Sequence record: SRR22947727_660
Strand: one strand, 5' to 3'
DNA: 42,717 nucleotides
The position numbers and the translations under genes were made by a program. The first letter of the stretch is position 1, and the number at the start of each line of letters is the position of its first letter. Positions 1 through 11,100 of the stretch are shown here, in pieces. The notes below the pieces were generated by a model, which was not told the origin of the DNA, did no database searches, and saw nothing but the letters and a program-made list of their open reading frames with translations.

Positions 1-1
1 A

Positions 2-538
2 ATCTAATCTAGATTTTATTAAACCTATTTGTGTATTAATTGATTGTATTTTATGATCATCTGAATCCAATCTACTTTTTACAGAAGTTATTGTAGGAGA
101 AGCAACAAGGGTTGTTTCGAAACCTCCAACTGTAACTAAAGAATCAGAATCTGTAGCTGCTTCTTTGTTAACATTAACTAATATTTTTCTATTAGCTATC
201 CAAGCATCTCTTTGATTATTATATTGAAACGATGGAGAAGTTCCTCTTTCGAATAAACTGTCACTGTCTGTTACAGTAATTCCAACATTGTTATATTGTT
301 CTGAATCATAAGCATTTTTAGCTAGTACAATATTTTTATCTGCAATAGTTAATGTAGTAGAGTTTACAATTGACTGAGCACCATAAACTCTTAGATCACC
401 ATGTATTCTTACGTTATCAAAAGACACATATCCATCAGCCTCTGAGTCAGCTAATAAGTTATTATTGTTCTTATCAACTAAACCTGTGACTTGAGATCTT
501 CCTAATTGGTTTGTAATTCTTCTAGTATTTTTGGCCAT
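2..538 (-). CDS. tail fibre / virion structural protein with RLDSD coiled-coil repeats (partial, runs off window start; absent from the ORF track)
   Basis: Manual translation from ATG (cat at 536-538) gives MAKNTRRITNQLGRSQVTG...GDLRVYGAQSIVNSTTLTIADKNIVLA...VKSRLDSDDHKIQSINTQIGLIKSRLD, open to the window edge. The G.L.V.G....VNSTT..I.DKNI.L pattern is typical of phage fibre proteins. TATAAATA lies immediately upstream on the minus strand. Confidence 0.8.
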   Translation of the reverse strand, partial: MAKNTRRITNQLGRSQVTGLVDKNNNNLLADSEADGYVSFDNVRIHGDLRVYGAQSIVNSTTLTIADKNIVLAKNAYDSEQYNNVGITVTDSDSLFERGTSPSFQYNNQRDAWIANRKILVNVNKEAATDSDSLVTVGGFETTLVASPTITSVKSRLDSDDHKIQSINTQIGLIKSRLD

Positions 539-542
539 GTTT

Positions 543-550
543 TATTTATA
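543..550 (-). promoter_or_regulatory. T4-type late promoter (TATAAATA)
   Basis: tatttata on the + strand equals TATAAATA on the - strand, 4 nt upstream of the ATG of the minus-strand fibre gene. Confidence 0.65.
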
Positions 551-584
551 TGTAAAAAAATTTAAAAATATATATAATTAGCTG

Positions 585-615
585 TTGACTTTAGTATAAT
601 ATATAGGATTATAAT
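585..615 (+). promoter_or_regulatory. possible sigma70-like promoter for the hydrolase gene
   Basis: TTGACT at 585-590 and TATAAT at 610-615, with a non-optimal 19-nt spacer in very AT-rich DNA. An AAGGAG RBS precedes ATG 643. Confidence 0.3.
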
Positions 616-642
616 ATTATATTTAATTAAGGAGAAAAAGTA

Positions 643-1140
643 ATGAACGAATTTTTAGCAGCATTGTTTATATCAAAAGCTATAATATTTTCTACTACAC
701 CAGTTGAAGTAAAGACAGCTTCTCCTGAATTGTATTGTTTAGTACAGAACATTTATTTTGAAGCTGGAAATCAATCATACGCTGGAAAAGTAGCTGTAGC
801 AGAAGTAACTTTGAACAGAGTAAAAACAAGAAAATATCCATCCACCATTTGCGGTGTGGTGAAACAAGCTATAATGAGCAAGTGGTGGAAAGAAGAACAT
901 GGTAAAGATGTACCTGTTAAAAACAAATGTCAATTTTCTTGGTTCTGTGATGGCAAGAGCGATGAAATAAAATACGCTGGAACTTGGAAGAGTTCAATGA
1001 TTGCTGCACACGATGCGCTCAATTCAGAACGTAAATTTACAGAAGGTGCACTGTATTATCATGCTAATTACGTAAATCCTAAGTGGAATAAGTCAAAGGA
1101 ATACATTACTAGCATAGGAGATCATATTTTCTACAGATAA
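643..1140 (+). CDS. SleB-like cell wall hydrolase (Hydrolase_2 family)
   Basis: Family motifs CL..NIYFEA.NQ...GK.AVA.V.LNRV, CQFSW.CDGK, GALYYHA.YV.P.W and IG.HIFY. Hydrophobic N-terminus and AAGGAG RBS. Confidence 0.9.
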   Translation: MNEFLAALFISKAIIFSTTPVEVKTASPELYCLVQNIYFEAGNQSYAGKVAVAEVTLNRVKTRKYPSTICGVVKQAIMSKWWKEEHGKDVPVKNKCQFSWFCDGKSDEIKYAGTWKSSMIAAHDALNSERKFTEGALYYHANYVNPKWNKSKEYITSIGDHIFYR

Positions 1141-1144
1141 CTGT

Positions 1145-1152
1145 CATAAATA
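1145..1152 (+). promoter_or_regulatory. late-promoter variant (CATAAATA) upstream of gp25
   Basis: One mismatch to TATAAATA, intergenic, 4 nt before ATG 1157. This spacing matches the perfect copies at 543 and 8120. Confidence 0.45.
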
Positions 1153-1156
1153 ATGT

Positions 1157-1576
1157 ATGGCTGTTTATGATCAAAAATTTATTAGAAAAAACGTATACAA
1201 AGATTTAGATTTCAATTTTTCTAAATTAGCATTGACTAATGACGTAGGTTCAAAAACTGATACAAATGCTATAAAGCAATCAGTTGTTAATCTCGTTATG
1301 ACTAATTTTGGAGAAAGACCATTCCATCCTGAAATAGGAAGTGATGTAAATTCATTATTATTTGAACCATCTGGTGTGTTAACTTATAGTGTAATTGAAG
1401 ATACAATAAGAACTGTTCTAGAAAACTTTGAACCAAGAATAGAAGTAACTTCTATAAGAGTTGATGATACTCCTAACAACATAGACAACAATAAAATTTT
1501 TGTAAGAATTACTTATATTTTTTTAGAAAAGAATATAAATGATTCTTTTGACGTAATACTTGAAAGGTTAAGATAA
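1157..1576 (+). CDS. gp25: baseplate wedge subunit gp25
   Basis: YKDLD.NF, AIKQSV.NLV.TN.GERPF.P..GS....LLFE and FEPRI.V motifs of the GPW/gp25 family. Located before gp6. Confidence 0.92.
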   Translation: MAVYDQKFIRKNVYKDLDFNFSKLALTNDVGSKTDTNAIKQSVVNLVMTNFGERPFHPEIGSDVNSLLFEPSGVLTYSVIEDTIRTVLENFEPRIEVTSIRVDDTPNNIDNNKIFVRITYIFLEKNINDSFDVILERLR

Positions 1577-3384
1577 TGAATACTTTGAATAAGCCGGTTG
1601 TAGCTAATTTAGACTTTGATGATATTAAAAAAGATATTATAGATCATTTTAAAGACAGCAATGATTTCAAAGATTATAATTTTCAAGGTTCAGCTTTAAA
1701 TACCTTAATTGATATCTTAGCTTACAACACACACCTTAATGCTTTAACTGCTAATTTTTCTATAAATGAAATGTTTATCAACACTGCACAAAAAAGAGAA
1801 AATTTAGTTTCAATTGCAAAAGGTATGAATTATGTTCCAACATCAACTACTGCTTCAAGAGTAGATGTAACTATTGAAGTTCCAAGACTTGGTTCAGAGA
1901 GATCTTTTACAATACCTGTTGGAACTACTTTAACAGCAACTAGTGGTAACACGACGTTTACTTTTAATCTCATTCAAGATTACATAGCCCAATTTTTAAC
2001 AAACGAAACATCAAAACAATTAAAAATGACTTTTTTTCAAGGTAAAAGTTTAACTGAAAGATTTATACAAAACAATTTCAATCTTGAATTTCCTACTTTT
2101 GATTTATTAAATGGCGATGTAGACACACAAACAATTACAGTTAGAGTTAATGATGTAAAATATACTATGTTAAATCCTGAAAACGAAAGTATTTCTAACA
2201 TAGATAGTTCTTCGGCAATATTTTTTGTTGAAGAAATATCTAACAAGAAACATAGAATTAAATTGGGTAATGGAGTTATAGGAAGAAAAGTAAACGTAGG
2301 AGATGAAGTTGTTGTATCTTATTTAACAAGTGCGGGTGAAAATGCAAATAACATATCTACTTTTTCAATATCTGTTGCAGGTCGTTCTGATATTTCTATT
2401 ATATCTAACGGTAATTCGTATGGTGGAAGTTCTATAGAGACTGAAAGATCAATAAAAGACAATGCACCTCATTGGTTTCAATCTCAATACAGAGCTGTTA
2501 CAACAAACGATTACGAAACAATAATAAAGAAAAATTATCCTGACATACAAGCAATCAATGCATATGGTGGTGAGGATGTAGGAAAACCAGGTAAAGTTTT
2601 TATAACAATAAAACCTAAAGTAGGAGACAAGCTATCTGATGCAGCTAAATTACATATTCAAAATAATATAATTAAAAAATTTAATATTGTTAATATAAAA
2701 CCTGAAATACTAGATCCACAATATATTGAATTGTTGTTGAAGACAACTGTAATTTATGATAATGGAAGATTAACGTCAAATGAAGCTTCGTTGAAATCTA
2801 AAATATTTTCTTTGTTTACTTCGTTTAATAATAACAGACTTAGTAGTTTTACAAAAAGTTTCTTTGAACAAAACTTAGCTGAAGAAATAAAATTATTGGA
2901 TCAATCAATTGTTTCTATAAACACAAGAACTTCTTTAAGGTATAACGCTACAATAACAAATAACAAATTAAACAAATATCAAATATCATTTAATAATCCT
3001 TTGTATCATCCTCTTTTAGGATTTAATAACGAAAAAGGTGGAATACTATCAACAAATGATTTTAAAAGAATTGGTAAAAGTTTTACATCTGGTTTTGACG
3101 ATGATGGAAAAGGTAACATAAGATTGTTTGACAATTTAGACAACGTCAAAGTATATTCTAATAATAAAGCAGGTACTATTGATTATGGTACTGGTATTTT
3201 AGACATAAAAGATTTTGATCCAGTGGATGGAAATATAAACTTTACTGTAGTACCAGATAGTTTTGATGTACTTTCTTTAAATGAATACATTCTAAGAATA
3301 AGTTTAGACTCATCTATTATAAACATAGTAGAAAAAGATAACATACAATTAATTAATCTCTTAAACAAATCAAGAAGTGTATAA
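1576..3384 (+). CDS. gp6: baseplate wedge subunit gp6
   Basis: LDFDDIK...F.DYNF.GS.L..L.D.LAYNTH, Q.RAVT..DYE and G.IDY.TG motifs characteristic of T4-like gp6. Confidence 0.93.
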   Translation: MNTLNKPVVANLDFDDIKKDIIDHFKDSNDFKDYNFQGSALNTLIDILAYNTHLNALTANFSINEMFINTAQKRENLVSIAKGMNYVPTSTTASRVDVTIEVPRLGSERSFTIPVGTTLTATSGNTTFTFNLIQDYIAQFLTNETSKQLKMTFFQGKSLTERFIQNNFNLEFPTFDLLNGDVDTQTITVRVNDVKYTMLNPENESISNIDSSSAIFFVEEISNKKHRIKLGNGVIGRKVNVGDEVVVSYLTSAGENANNISTFSISVAGRSDISIISNGNSYGGSSIETERSIKDNAPHWFQSQYRAVTTNDYETIIKKNYPDIQAINAYGGEDVGKPGKVFITIKPKVGDKLSDAAKLHIQNNIIKKFNIVNIKPEILDPQYIELLLKTTVIYDNGRLTSNEASLKSKIFSLFTSFNNNRLSSFTKSFFEQNLAEEIKLLDQSIVSINTRTSLRYNATITNNKLNKYQISFNNPLYHPLLGFNNEKGGILSTNDFKRIGKSFTSGFDDDGKGNIRLFDNLDNVKVYSNNKAGTIDYGTGILDIKDFDPVDGNINFTVVPDSFDVLSLNEYILRISLDSSIINIVEKDNIQLINLLNKSRSV

Positions 3385-6300
3385 TGGCTAAAAGAGTTTA
3401 TCCTCATATAAGTGAACAGATACCTCAATTCATTCGTAATAATTATGAAGTTTTTGAAAAATTTCTTAAAGTTTATTATGAGTATATGGAAAAACAAAAT
3501 GATTCTGATACTGATTTAGACTCTACTGTATACAAAAAAATGACTAATCCTAATGATTTAATTCAAGGTCAACAAGAATATAGAGATCCTGATAAAACAT
3601 TAGAGGCTTTTTTAGAATATTTTAAAAGAGATGTATTACCAATTTCAGCTACACCTGTTGGAACAGATGATAGATTTTTAATTAACAAGATAAGGGATTT
3701 GTATCTTTCCAAAGGTACACCTAATTCTTTTAAATTATTTTTTAGACTTTTATATGCTAAAGAAATTGATGTAGTTCAACCAAGTGAACAAATTTTAGAT
3801 GCTTCAGAAGGCACATATGTATCTAATAATGTACTTACATTTTTATCAAAAGATTCAGATGGTGTTCTTAATAATGTTGATTTTAATAACTCTTTTATTG
3901 AACAAGACGACAGTGAAATAGCTACTGTTGTGTTTGGATCTAAAATTGATAAAATTGGAAACAATTCTGTTGTTACAATTACTACTTCGGCTTCTTTTAA
4001 TAAACAACCTGATTCAGAAATTTTAATTATAAACAAAAAAGATAGAAGCAAATATGTTACAGGAACTGTACTTAGACAAATAAAAAACTTATTAATACAA
4101 GATTCAGAAATAGGTTTATATAATGTAGGTGATGAAATAATAGTAACACAAAATCAAAACAAGTTTACAATTCCAGTTAGATCTACAACGTCTGGATCAG
4201 TATCATCAGTTGTGGTTAAAAACAGAGGTATAAATTACAGTGTAAACGATACTATAATTTTTACATCTAAAGGACAAGGAACTGGAGGTTCAGCAACAAT
4301 AACAGATGTAGATTCTGCTGGAAGAATTATTTCAATTGACAACAGTAACGTAAGAACTGGAATTTTAAGAAACGGATATTTATCAAATGATTTTCAAAAT
4401 GTTAATGTACCAATATTACAAGGTGGAAATTACAACCAACTTCCTCAAGTAAAAATTATTTCAGGCAATGGACACGGTGCAGAAATTGTTCCTTTTTCAA
4501 ATACCATTGGTAGAATAAATGATTTTAATTTTTTTAACAAAGGTTTTTTTGATTCTGAAAATAATATTAACGTTTCAATGCCAATGAATATAAACATACA
4601 TGGGGAAACAGATTTAAACGAAGGTCAAACTATTAGAATTCAAAAGTTTGAAGCAGACTCTGATGGGTTTTTATTTGATAGTGATACTTTTAGATTTAGT
4701 ATAAAATTTAGTAATAGGAAATTTAACAGTCAAGACAGTGAATTAGTTAGAGTAAGAATTCCATATTCATTTAATTTTAATACTTTTCAATGGATTGATA
4801 GTGAGTTTACATTTAGCCATACAGACTCTGAATCATTAGCTCATACTTTAAAAGACATATTAGACAGAGAAATAAAAACTTCATCTACGTATAGATTTAA
4901 AGTTATCGATAGTGATGAAAAGGGAAATCCTGATTCAGAAACATTGAGAGTTTTTTTACAAGATCCAAATTTAAAAGGTTTAGATAACTTTCACTTTGAT
5001 TTATTGAATAGATATGAAGATAGCGATAAGTATAGATCAATCGCTTTTAAAAAAATTAAACAAACACCATTTTTAGGTTTAAGTGAAAACGTAGGAAGAT
5101 TTAAAAATACTAGATTTATTGGAAAGATTGTAAACGTAAACAAAGATAAAAATATTATAAAAATAAATCAAACATTGAAAATTGATTCTGATGACACCTA
5201 TCCGTTTGATTCTGATTTAAATAATATTGAAAATCAAAGATATAAAATATTAAGAGTAGTTCCTATTGACAAAGAAACAAATAACGCAACAGTTAAAGAA
5301 CAATTTAAATTCAATAATATTATTGCAAATCATCAAAGAGGAAAAGCTACTGTTACTTTTGAAGGTTCAGGTCAAACATCTAAACAATTTTTAGACGAAA
5401 AAGGTTTTTTAAATTCTTTAAGTGGAGGAGTTATAAGAGATAACTTTTTCTACGATGTATACAGTTATGTTTTAAAATCAGACATATCAATTGAAAATTG
5501 GAGAGAGTATGTAAAAAATACTTTACATCCTGCTGGAATGAATTTGTTAAGTACTTTAAATATTAATTCTGATGTATCTAGTTCAACAAAAAAAACAGTT
5601 AATGTTGAAAATATAAGCGAATCTTTTAAAATAACTTTTGATAGATCACTTGATCATTCTGTCAATGCAGCAGAGAATAAAGGTTCAATAAATGCAGCTA
5701 CTTCTATGTATGCATCAAATGCATTTAATTATTATAACGCTACATTTGAAAATGGAACTAGTATTACAGCAGATAACACTAGTTTAAATTTACAAGAAGC
5801 AGAAGAAGCTGAATTTGGAAATGCGTTTTGGGATTATGAACCAATAGGTTTTATTGATCCAAAATCCACACAATTAAAAGATAGCGATAATTCTGAATTT
5901 ATATCTGAAAGAGGTTATATTCATTCGACGTATGATATTAAACCAAATGATTCTGAATATTCGCAAGATTTTTATAAATATAAAAATTTAAAAAGATATC
6001 CTGATCAATTAAATTTATCAATAGGTAAAACACAATTTAAAGCTGGAACAAACATATACATGATGTATGATTCAGAAAAACAAAATGATATTAACTTTAT
6101 AAGATTTGATTATTCAAAAGATAGTGATAATAGTTATATAAATGATAGTGAAGAAGCAAGTATTTTTAAAGGTATAGTTTATAAAAAATTAAGAGATAAA
6201 GACTCTGATTTTGTTAAACAAGAACTCACAAAAAGAAATTATGAATATCTAATAGAACATCAAAACGATTTAAATAATGCTACTAAAATGGATGATACTT

Positions 6301-6653
6301 TTTTTTATGCAGTGAATGGAACAACCTTTTATAACATTGAAGCTTTTGAGCAAAAGTGGAATACTATTCATAGAAAAAGAGTAAACAAAGAAGGTTGGGA
6401 AGTACAAGGATATAGTTCATCGTATGTAAACGCTACTGGAGTTGATTACAGAAAAGTAAACAATTATTCAAATTTCAAACCATTATATTCAGAAATTAAA
6501 TCTTCAATTAATAAAGAATTTTGGAACACAACTGATACAATTGTTTGGCAAAACGCTTATGTTAACCCATTAAATAGTAAGCTAACTAATTTAAGAGATG
6601 TAGATTCTGATAGTAGAAATCCTAATCTATACAATAGTTTGAGAAAAGATTAA
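3384..6653 (+). CDS. gp7: baseplate wedge initiator gp7-like protein, DS[D/E]-rich
   Basis: N-terminal QIPQF....Y..F..FL..YYE and I.D.Y.SKGT..S.K.FFR.LY motifs, and C-terminal D..FY..YSY.L.S.....W...VK..LHPAG motif. Syntenic between gp6 and gp8. About 23 DS[D/E] tripeptides. Confidence 0.75.
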   Translation: MAKRVYPHISEQIPQFIRNNYEVFEKFLKVYYEYMEKQNDSDTDLDSTVYKKMTNPNDLIQGQQEYRDPDKTLEAFLEYFKRDVLPISATPVGTDDRFLINKIRDLYLSKGTPNSFKLFFRLLYAKEIDVVQPSEQILDASEGTYVSNNVLTFLSKDSDGVLNNVDFNNSFIEQDDSEIATVVFGSKIDKIGNNSVVTITTSASFNKQPDSEILIINKKDRSKYVTGTVLRQIKNLLIQDSEIGLYNVGDEIIVTQNQNKFTIPVRSTTSGSVSSVVVKNRGINYSVNDTIIFTSKGQGTGGSATITDVDSAGRIISIDNSNVRTGILRNGYLSNDFQNVNVPILQGGNYNQLPQVKIISGNGHGAEIVPFSNTIGRINDFNFFNKGFFDSENNINVSMPMNINIHGETDLNEGQTIRIQKFEADSDGFLFDSDTFRFSIKFSNRKFNSQDSELVRVRIPYSFNFNTFQWIDSEFTFSHTDSESLAHTLKDILDREIKTSSTYRFKVIDSDEKGNPDSETLRVFLQDPNLKGLDNFHFDLLNRYEDSDKYRSIAFKKIKQTPFLGLSENVGRFKNTRFIGKIVNVNKDKNIIKINQTLKIDSDDTYPFDSDLNNIENQRYKILRVVPIDKETNNATVKEQFKFNNIIANHQRGKATVTFEGSGQTSKQFLDEKGFLNSLSGGVIRDNFFYDVYSYVLKSDISIENWREYVKNTLHPAGMNLLSTLNINSDVSSSTKKTVNVENISESFKITFDRSLDHSVNAAENKGSINAATSMYASNAFNYYNATFENGTSITADNTSLNLQEAEEAEFGNAFWDYEPIGFIDPKSTQLKDSDNSEFISERGYIHSTYDIKPNDSEYSQDFYKYKNLKRYPDQLNLSIGKTQFKAGTNIYMMYDSEKQNDINFIRFDYSKDSDNSYINDSEEASIFKGIVYKKLRDKDSDFVKQELTKRNYEYLIEHQNDLNNATKMDDTFFYAVNGTTFYNIEAFEQKWNTIHRKRVNKEGWEVQGYSSSYVNATGVDYRKVNNYSNFKPLYSEIKSSINKEFWNTTDTIVWQNAYVNPLNSKLTNLRDVDSDSRNPNLYNSLRKD

Positions 6654-8119
6654 TGACTGCTAAAATAACAAACAACTTTAATTCTTTTATAGCTAAAGCT
6701 GTAAGAGACAACTTAAAAGATATTAATAACTTTGATGCTTATTATGCATTCGTAAGTTTTAATAATGATTCAGATATTCAAAGATATACAGATTCGGACG
6801 GTATAGATGAAGATGCTGAATTTACTGGTGGTATAAATCCAACTTTTAATTCTGATGACAAAAGTTATTACATGCAACATTCAATAACTGCTCACAAATT
6901 ACAAAAAGGAAATGTTACTAGAGTAATTCCAAGAATTAATTGGATTACTGGAACAAGATATAAAGTAAATGATTATGTTATGGTAACTTCAGTTATAAGA
7001 GGTATAACAAATTTAAATGTGTATAAAGTTTTACATTACCCTAACGCTTCTAGCGTAGCTGTTCCTTCAGGTGATCAGTCGACACCAATAACTACATCTG
7101 ACAAATACATATGGCAATACATGTATACAATTAATTCATCTGACAGCTTACGATTTATAACAGAAAATTATATTCCAGTTCCAGAGAGAATAGAAGATAA
7201 TGAAATTGAAAGTTTAAATGTAGGCACATCAAAATACAAACAATTTCAAGTACAAAGAGATTCTGCAGTTGGTTCTATTTACAGTGTTTCAATAAACGAC
7301 AGTGATTGGGAAGTGTGGGCGAGAAACAATTATGGTTCTTTTTCTAATATACCAACTTCAATTTCAGTAACTGCCCAAAATTCAACATCAAATATTCCTA
7401 CAAAAATATTTTCAGGTTCAATTGAAAGACACGATAGCGAATTTAACTTTAGTCTAATAAACAATGGTGAAGGTTATAGTGAAGGTACAATAATTAAAAT
7501 AAACACAAATACGCCTGATGGATTAGTAGCAAATGTTTCACCTGGTTTAGGACATGGAACAAATGCTCCATTAGAATTAAATTCAAAATACGTTATGGTT
7601 AACATTAGAAATGTTCCAGACGACAAAGTTATTAAATTTGCAAGAAACAACTTTAGAATGGTTTCTTTAATTAGAAATCCAATTGATAATTCAACAAACA
7701 AAATTGCAAAGAATGATTTTTACACAACATGTAAATCTTTTATTGGAAGTGATTCTGATGGAGGAAATACAACATTTAACATAGGAGATATTGTTTCAAC
7801 ATCAGATATTGCTGGAAACAATTATGATTCTACTGACGCTAAAGTTGGAAGAATAGTTGCAGTAGATATTTCAAAGAAAGAATATTTTTACGTGAATTTA
7901 GGTAAAGTAAAGGATAAAGATTCGTTTTTAGTAAACGACGAAGTTAAAATTGTTACTAGCTCAGGAAACGTGTCTGGTAATCCTTTAACAATATCTAAAA
8001 TAAACAACAGAGAAATATTATTCAATTCAGGAGATATTTTGCTTTCGGACATAAAAAGTTCTAAAATAAGAAGAGCAAAAGATCAAATTGAATCGTTTAA
8101 TTTTATCTTAACTTTATGA
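6653..8119 (+). CDS. gp8: baseplate wedge subunit gp8
   Basis: VIPR.NW..G..Y, NVYK.L, D.YIW.YMYTI, F....YIPVP, GHG.N...EL and FR.V.LI.NP motifs of T4-like gp8. Synteny supports the call. Confidence 0.85.
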   Translation: MTAKITNNFNSFIAKAVRDNLKDINNFDAYYAFVSFNNDSDIQRYTDSDGIDEDAEFTGGINPTFNSDDKSYYMQHSITAHKLQKGNVTRVIPRINWITGTRYKVNDYVMVTSVIRGITNLNVYKVLHYPNASSVAVPSGDQSTPITTSDKYIWQYMYTINSSDSLRFITENYIPVPERIEDNEIESLNVGTSKYKQFQVQRDSAVGSIYSVSINDSDWEVWARNNYGSFSNIPTSISVTAQNSTSNIPTKIFSGSIERHDSEFNFSLINNGEGYSEGTIIKINTNTPDGLVANVSPGLGHGTNAPLELNSKYVMVNIRNVPDDKVIKFARNNFRMVSLIRNPIDNSTNKIAKNDFYTTCKSFIGSDSDGGNTTFNIGDIVSTSDIAGNNYDSTDAKVGRIVAVDISKKEYFYVNLGKVKDKDSFLVNDEVKIVTSSGNVSGNPLTISKINNREILFNSGDILLSDIKSSKIRRAKDQIESFNFILTL

Positions 8120-8127
8120 TATAAATA
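8120..8127 (+). promoter_or_regulatory. T4-type late promoter (TATAAATA)
   Basis: Perfect TATAAATA in the 12-nt gap between the gp8 stop and ATG 8132. Confidence 0.75.
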
Positions 8128-8131
8128 GAAC

Positions 8132-11100
8132 ATGGCTAATATTGATTTAAACATTTCACCTTATTTTGATGACTTTGACGAAGACAAAGATTTTTTAAGA
8201 GTTTTATTCAGACCTGGTTTTCCAGTTCAAGCAAGAGAACTTACAACAGCTCAAACTATACTCCAGGAACAAATTAAAAGAACAGGTGACTTTCTTTTAA
8301 AGGATGGAGCTAGAGTTACAGGTGCAAAAATTGAATTCGATAAAAAACCAAAAAGATTATCTCTCACTGGATCTTCAAATACATCTTTTCCTGCTTCTGC
8401 AGCAAGATCTAGTTCTATTTTATCTAATATTCAAGATATAGAAAATTTAGTTATATCAAATTCAGATGGTACAGTAAAAGCAATTGTAATGACTAGTCCA
8501 ACTGGTATTAACAAAGTAACTTCAATAGGTAATCTGTATATAAAATATATTACTAGTAACGAGTTTGATTCAGCAGGAGGTTTTATATATGCCACACTTG
8601 CAGATAATCCACTGTTATCAGCTGAATTGTATAATACGTATTCGTCTATTTCTAGTTGCTCTCTTGCTCATATAGACGAAGGTGTATATTATGTCCAAGG
8701 ATTTTTTACTAGAGTAAAACAACAAACAGTAGTTGTAGACAATTCATCTAATAATCCAAATGTTAAATTGGGATTTACAGTTTCAGAAACATTAGTAACA
8801 CCAAATACAGATACTAGTTTATTTGATAATGCAAGGGGTTCTTCAAATGAAGGAGCTCCAGGAGCTCATAGATTACAACAAACATTAGCTTTTAGTATAA
8901 GATCTTTATCAGCAGATACAGATCCTAACTTTTTTGAAGTTATGAATATACAAAATGGTATTTCAGTTCAGCAAACATCCACAACAGATAATATAGGTGG
9001 AGGCATTTCTAAAGCTTTCAGCGATAGAATATACGAGACGTTAGGAAGCTATCAAGTTTCACCTACAAATTTAACTTATAATTATACAGATAGTGACTCA
9101 ACTTTTGCATACACTTTTGATAGAATTAAAGCATATGTAAATGGTGATAGATTTCAAAGTAAAGGTAAAACATCTATAGTTGCACCTAAGCCAGAGTCTA
9201 CACTTAAAGTTAACAGTGAGACGGTTGACATTACTGGTGTTCCTTACATTAACATTGATATAGAAACAAATAGTGCTCTTCCAGGTTTCGTGTCTGCCAC
9301 ATCAAACAATCCACATTTACATACAAATAGATTATTATTACAAGATTCAGATAATAAAACATATGGTTATGCTAGAGCTTATAGTTTAGTAAACTTATCA
9401 ACTAATGATACAAGACTTTATTTGTATGATGTTAAATTTTTTCAGAAACTAAAATTACAAGGCACACCTCACGTTTTAGGTATTGGTTATGATATAAAGA
9501 CTATAAACGACACTTCTGCATATTACACAGAGTTAGAAAATACTGGATCTTCTGATACTAATTGGGTAGGTGATTCAGATATTTTATTAATAGATCATAA
9601 TAAAAATTTTAGAGTTGGTCAGACTATATCTTCATCTGTTGATAAAAGTTTAAGTAAAACAATTGTTTCTGTTGAAAGTTATAGTTGGAACAACATTACT
9701 AACATAGCAGGTAAGTCTGGAACTTTTTATGCTAAAATAAAAAGCAATTCAAAAATACAAAATAACAACAGTCAACTTATAGGTTTAGTACCTGGAATTG
9801 TTAGAACGGCTAGAGATGACTCTAAAGTTTTTGATAATGACTTCGAAGTGTTGATGCCTAATCCACCAGTAATAGCTGGAACAGGAGGAAAGATTTCTAT
9901 AACTCCAAAAACTACTGATAGTTATATATCTACAGCTACAGCTAATGGAGATTATGTCAGAACAAGAATTGACGATGGAAATGAAGTAACTAAAAAATTA
10001 AAATATGCTTACGTAAAAATAAGAAATGGTGCAAGTAGATCTACTTCAATAAATTATGGATGGACTACTAATGATAGAGAAATGACCTTGATATATTCTG
10101 ATATACATAAAGTTCAAGGGTTATCACAAGGAACAGTAAATAACGAATTCTCACATTTTAATCAAATTAACATTAACATAGCTGGTGGTGGAATTATACC
10201 TCAGGGATCTTTAATTATTGGAGCTATTTCTAGAACTTATGCAATAGTAGCTTTATCTAACACTTCGTTAAACGAAACTGAGCTTACTAATACTAATGGT
10301 TATCATACTACAAGATCAGGTACAGGTTCAACTACTGTAATAGAAATTATTAAAAGAGACAACAGTAAATCTTTTATAACTAACGAAAATTTAATAATAG
10401 TAGTTCCTAATGATAAAGATACGTTTACAAATACAGTAACATTCGAATCTAACAGAATAAAAGTTGCAACTAATGTAACCGAAACATTTGGAAATAGAGT
10501 TGAACAGAATTATTTTGTTGACGATGGACAAAAAAATCACATTTACGAAACAGGCAAATTGATAAGGAAGAGGTTAATTCAATCACCATCTAAAGGTGAC
10601 TTAACTATTTTCTTTTCTTATTATGAAGATCAAGATGCAACAAACAAATTTTATTACAGCGCAGACTCTTATTTGAATGGTGGTTTTGGAAAATCTAATC
10701 CAGTCTTTAATAATAAAATAGTTCAAATTAAAGGAAATGAAGTTATAAATGGTATTAGCAGAAAAAATATAATTGATTTTAGAAAAAAACTTCAACCTAA
10801 TACAAACACTGGTTTAAACTCTTTTCATTTTAACCATAAAGTTTTTGAAAATAGATCTAGTATTATTCCAGGTATTGGTAACAGTTTTGATAGTAAGTCC
10901 AAATTTACATTTACATTTGAAGAATATCTAAGTAGATATGACGTGTTGTATATTAATTCAGGAGCTAATAAACAAATTTCAAGATTGTCTGGTTTACCTG
11001 CTAGAGATCCTCAAGTACCTAAATTTACTAATGCAATGGGAATGAAATTAGCAACTGTTAAAGTTCCGGGTGCATTTAAAGTTTTTAGTCAATTATCTAA

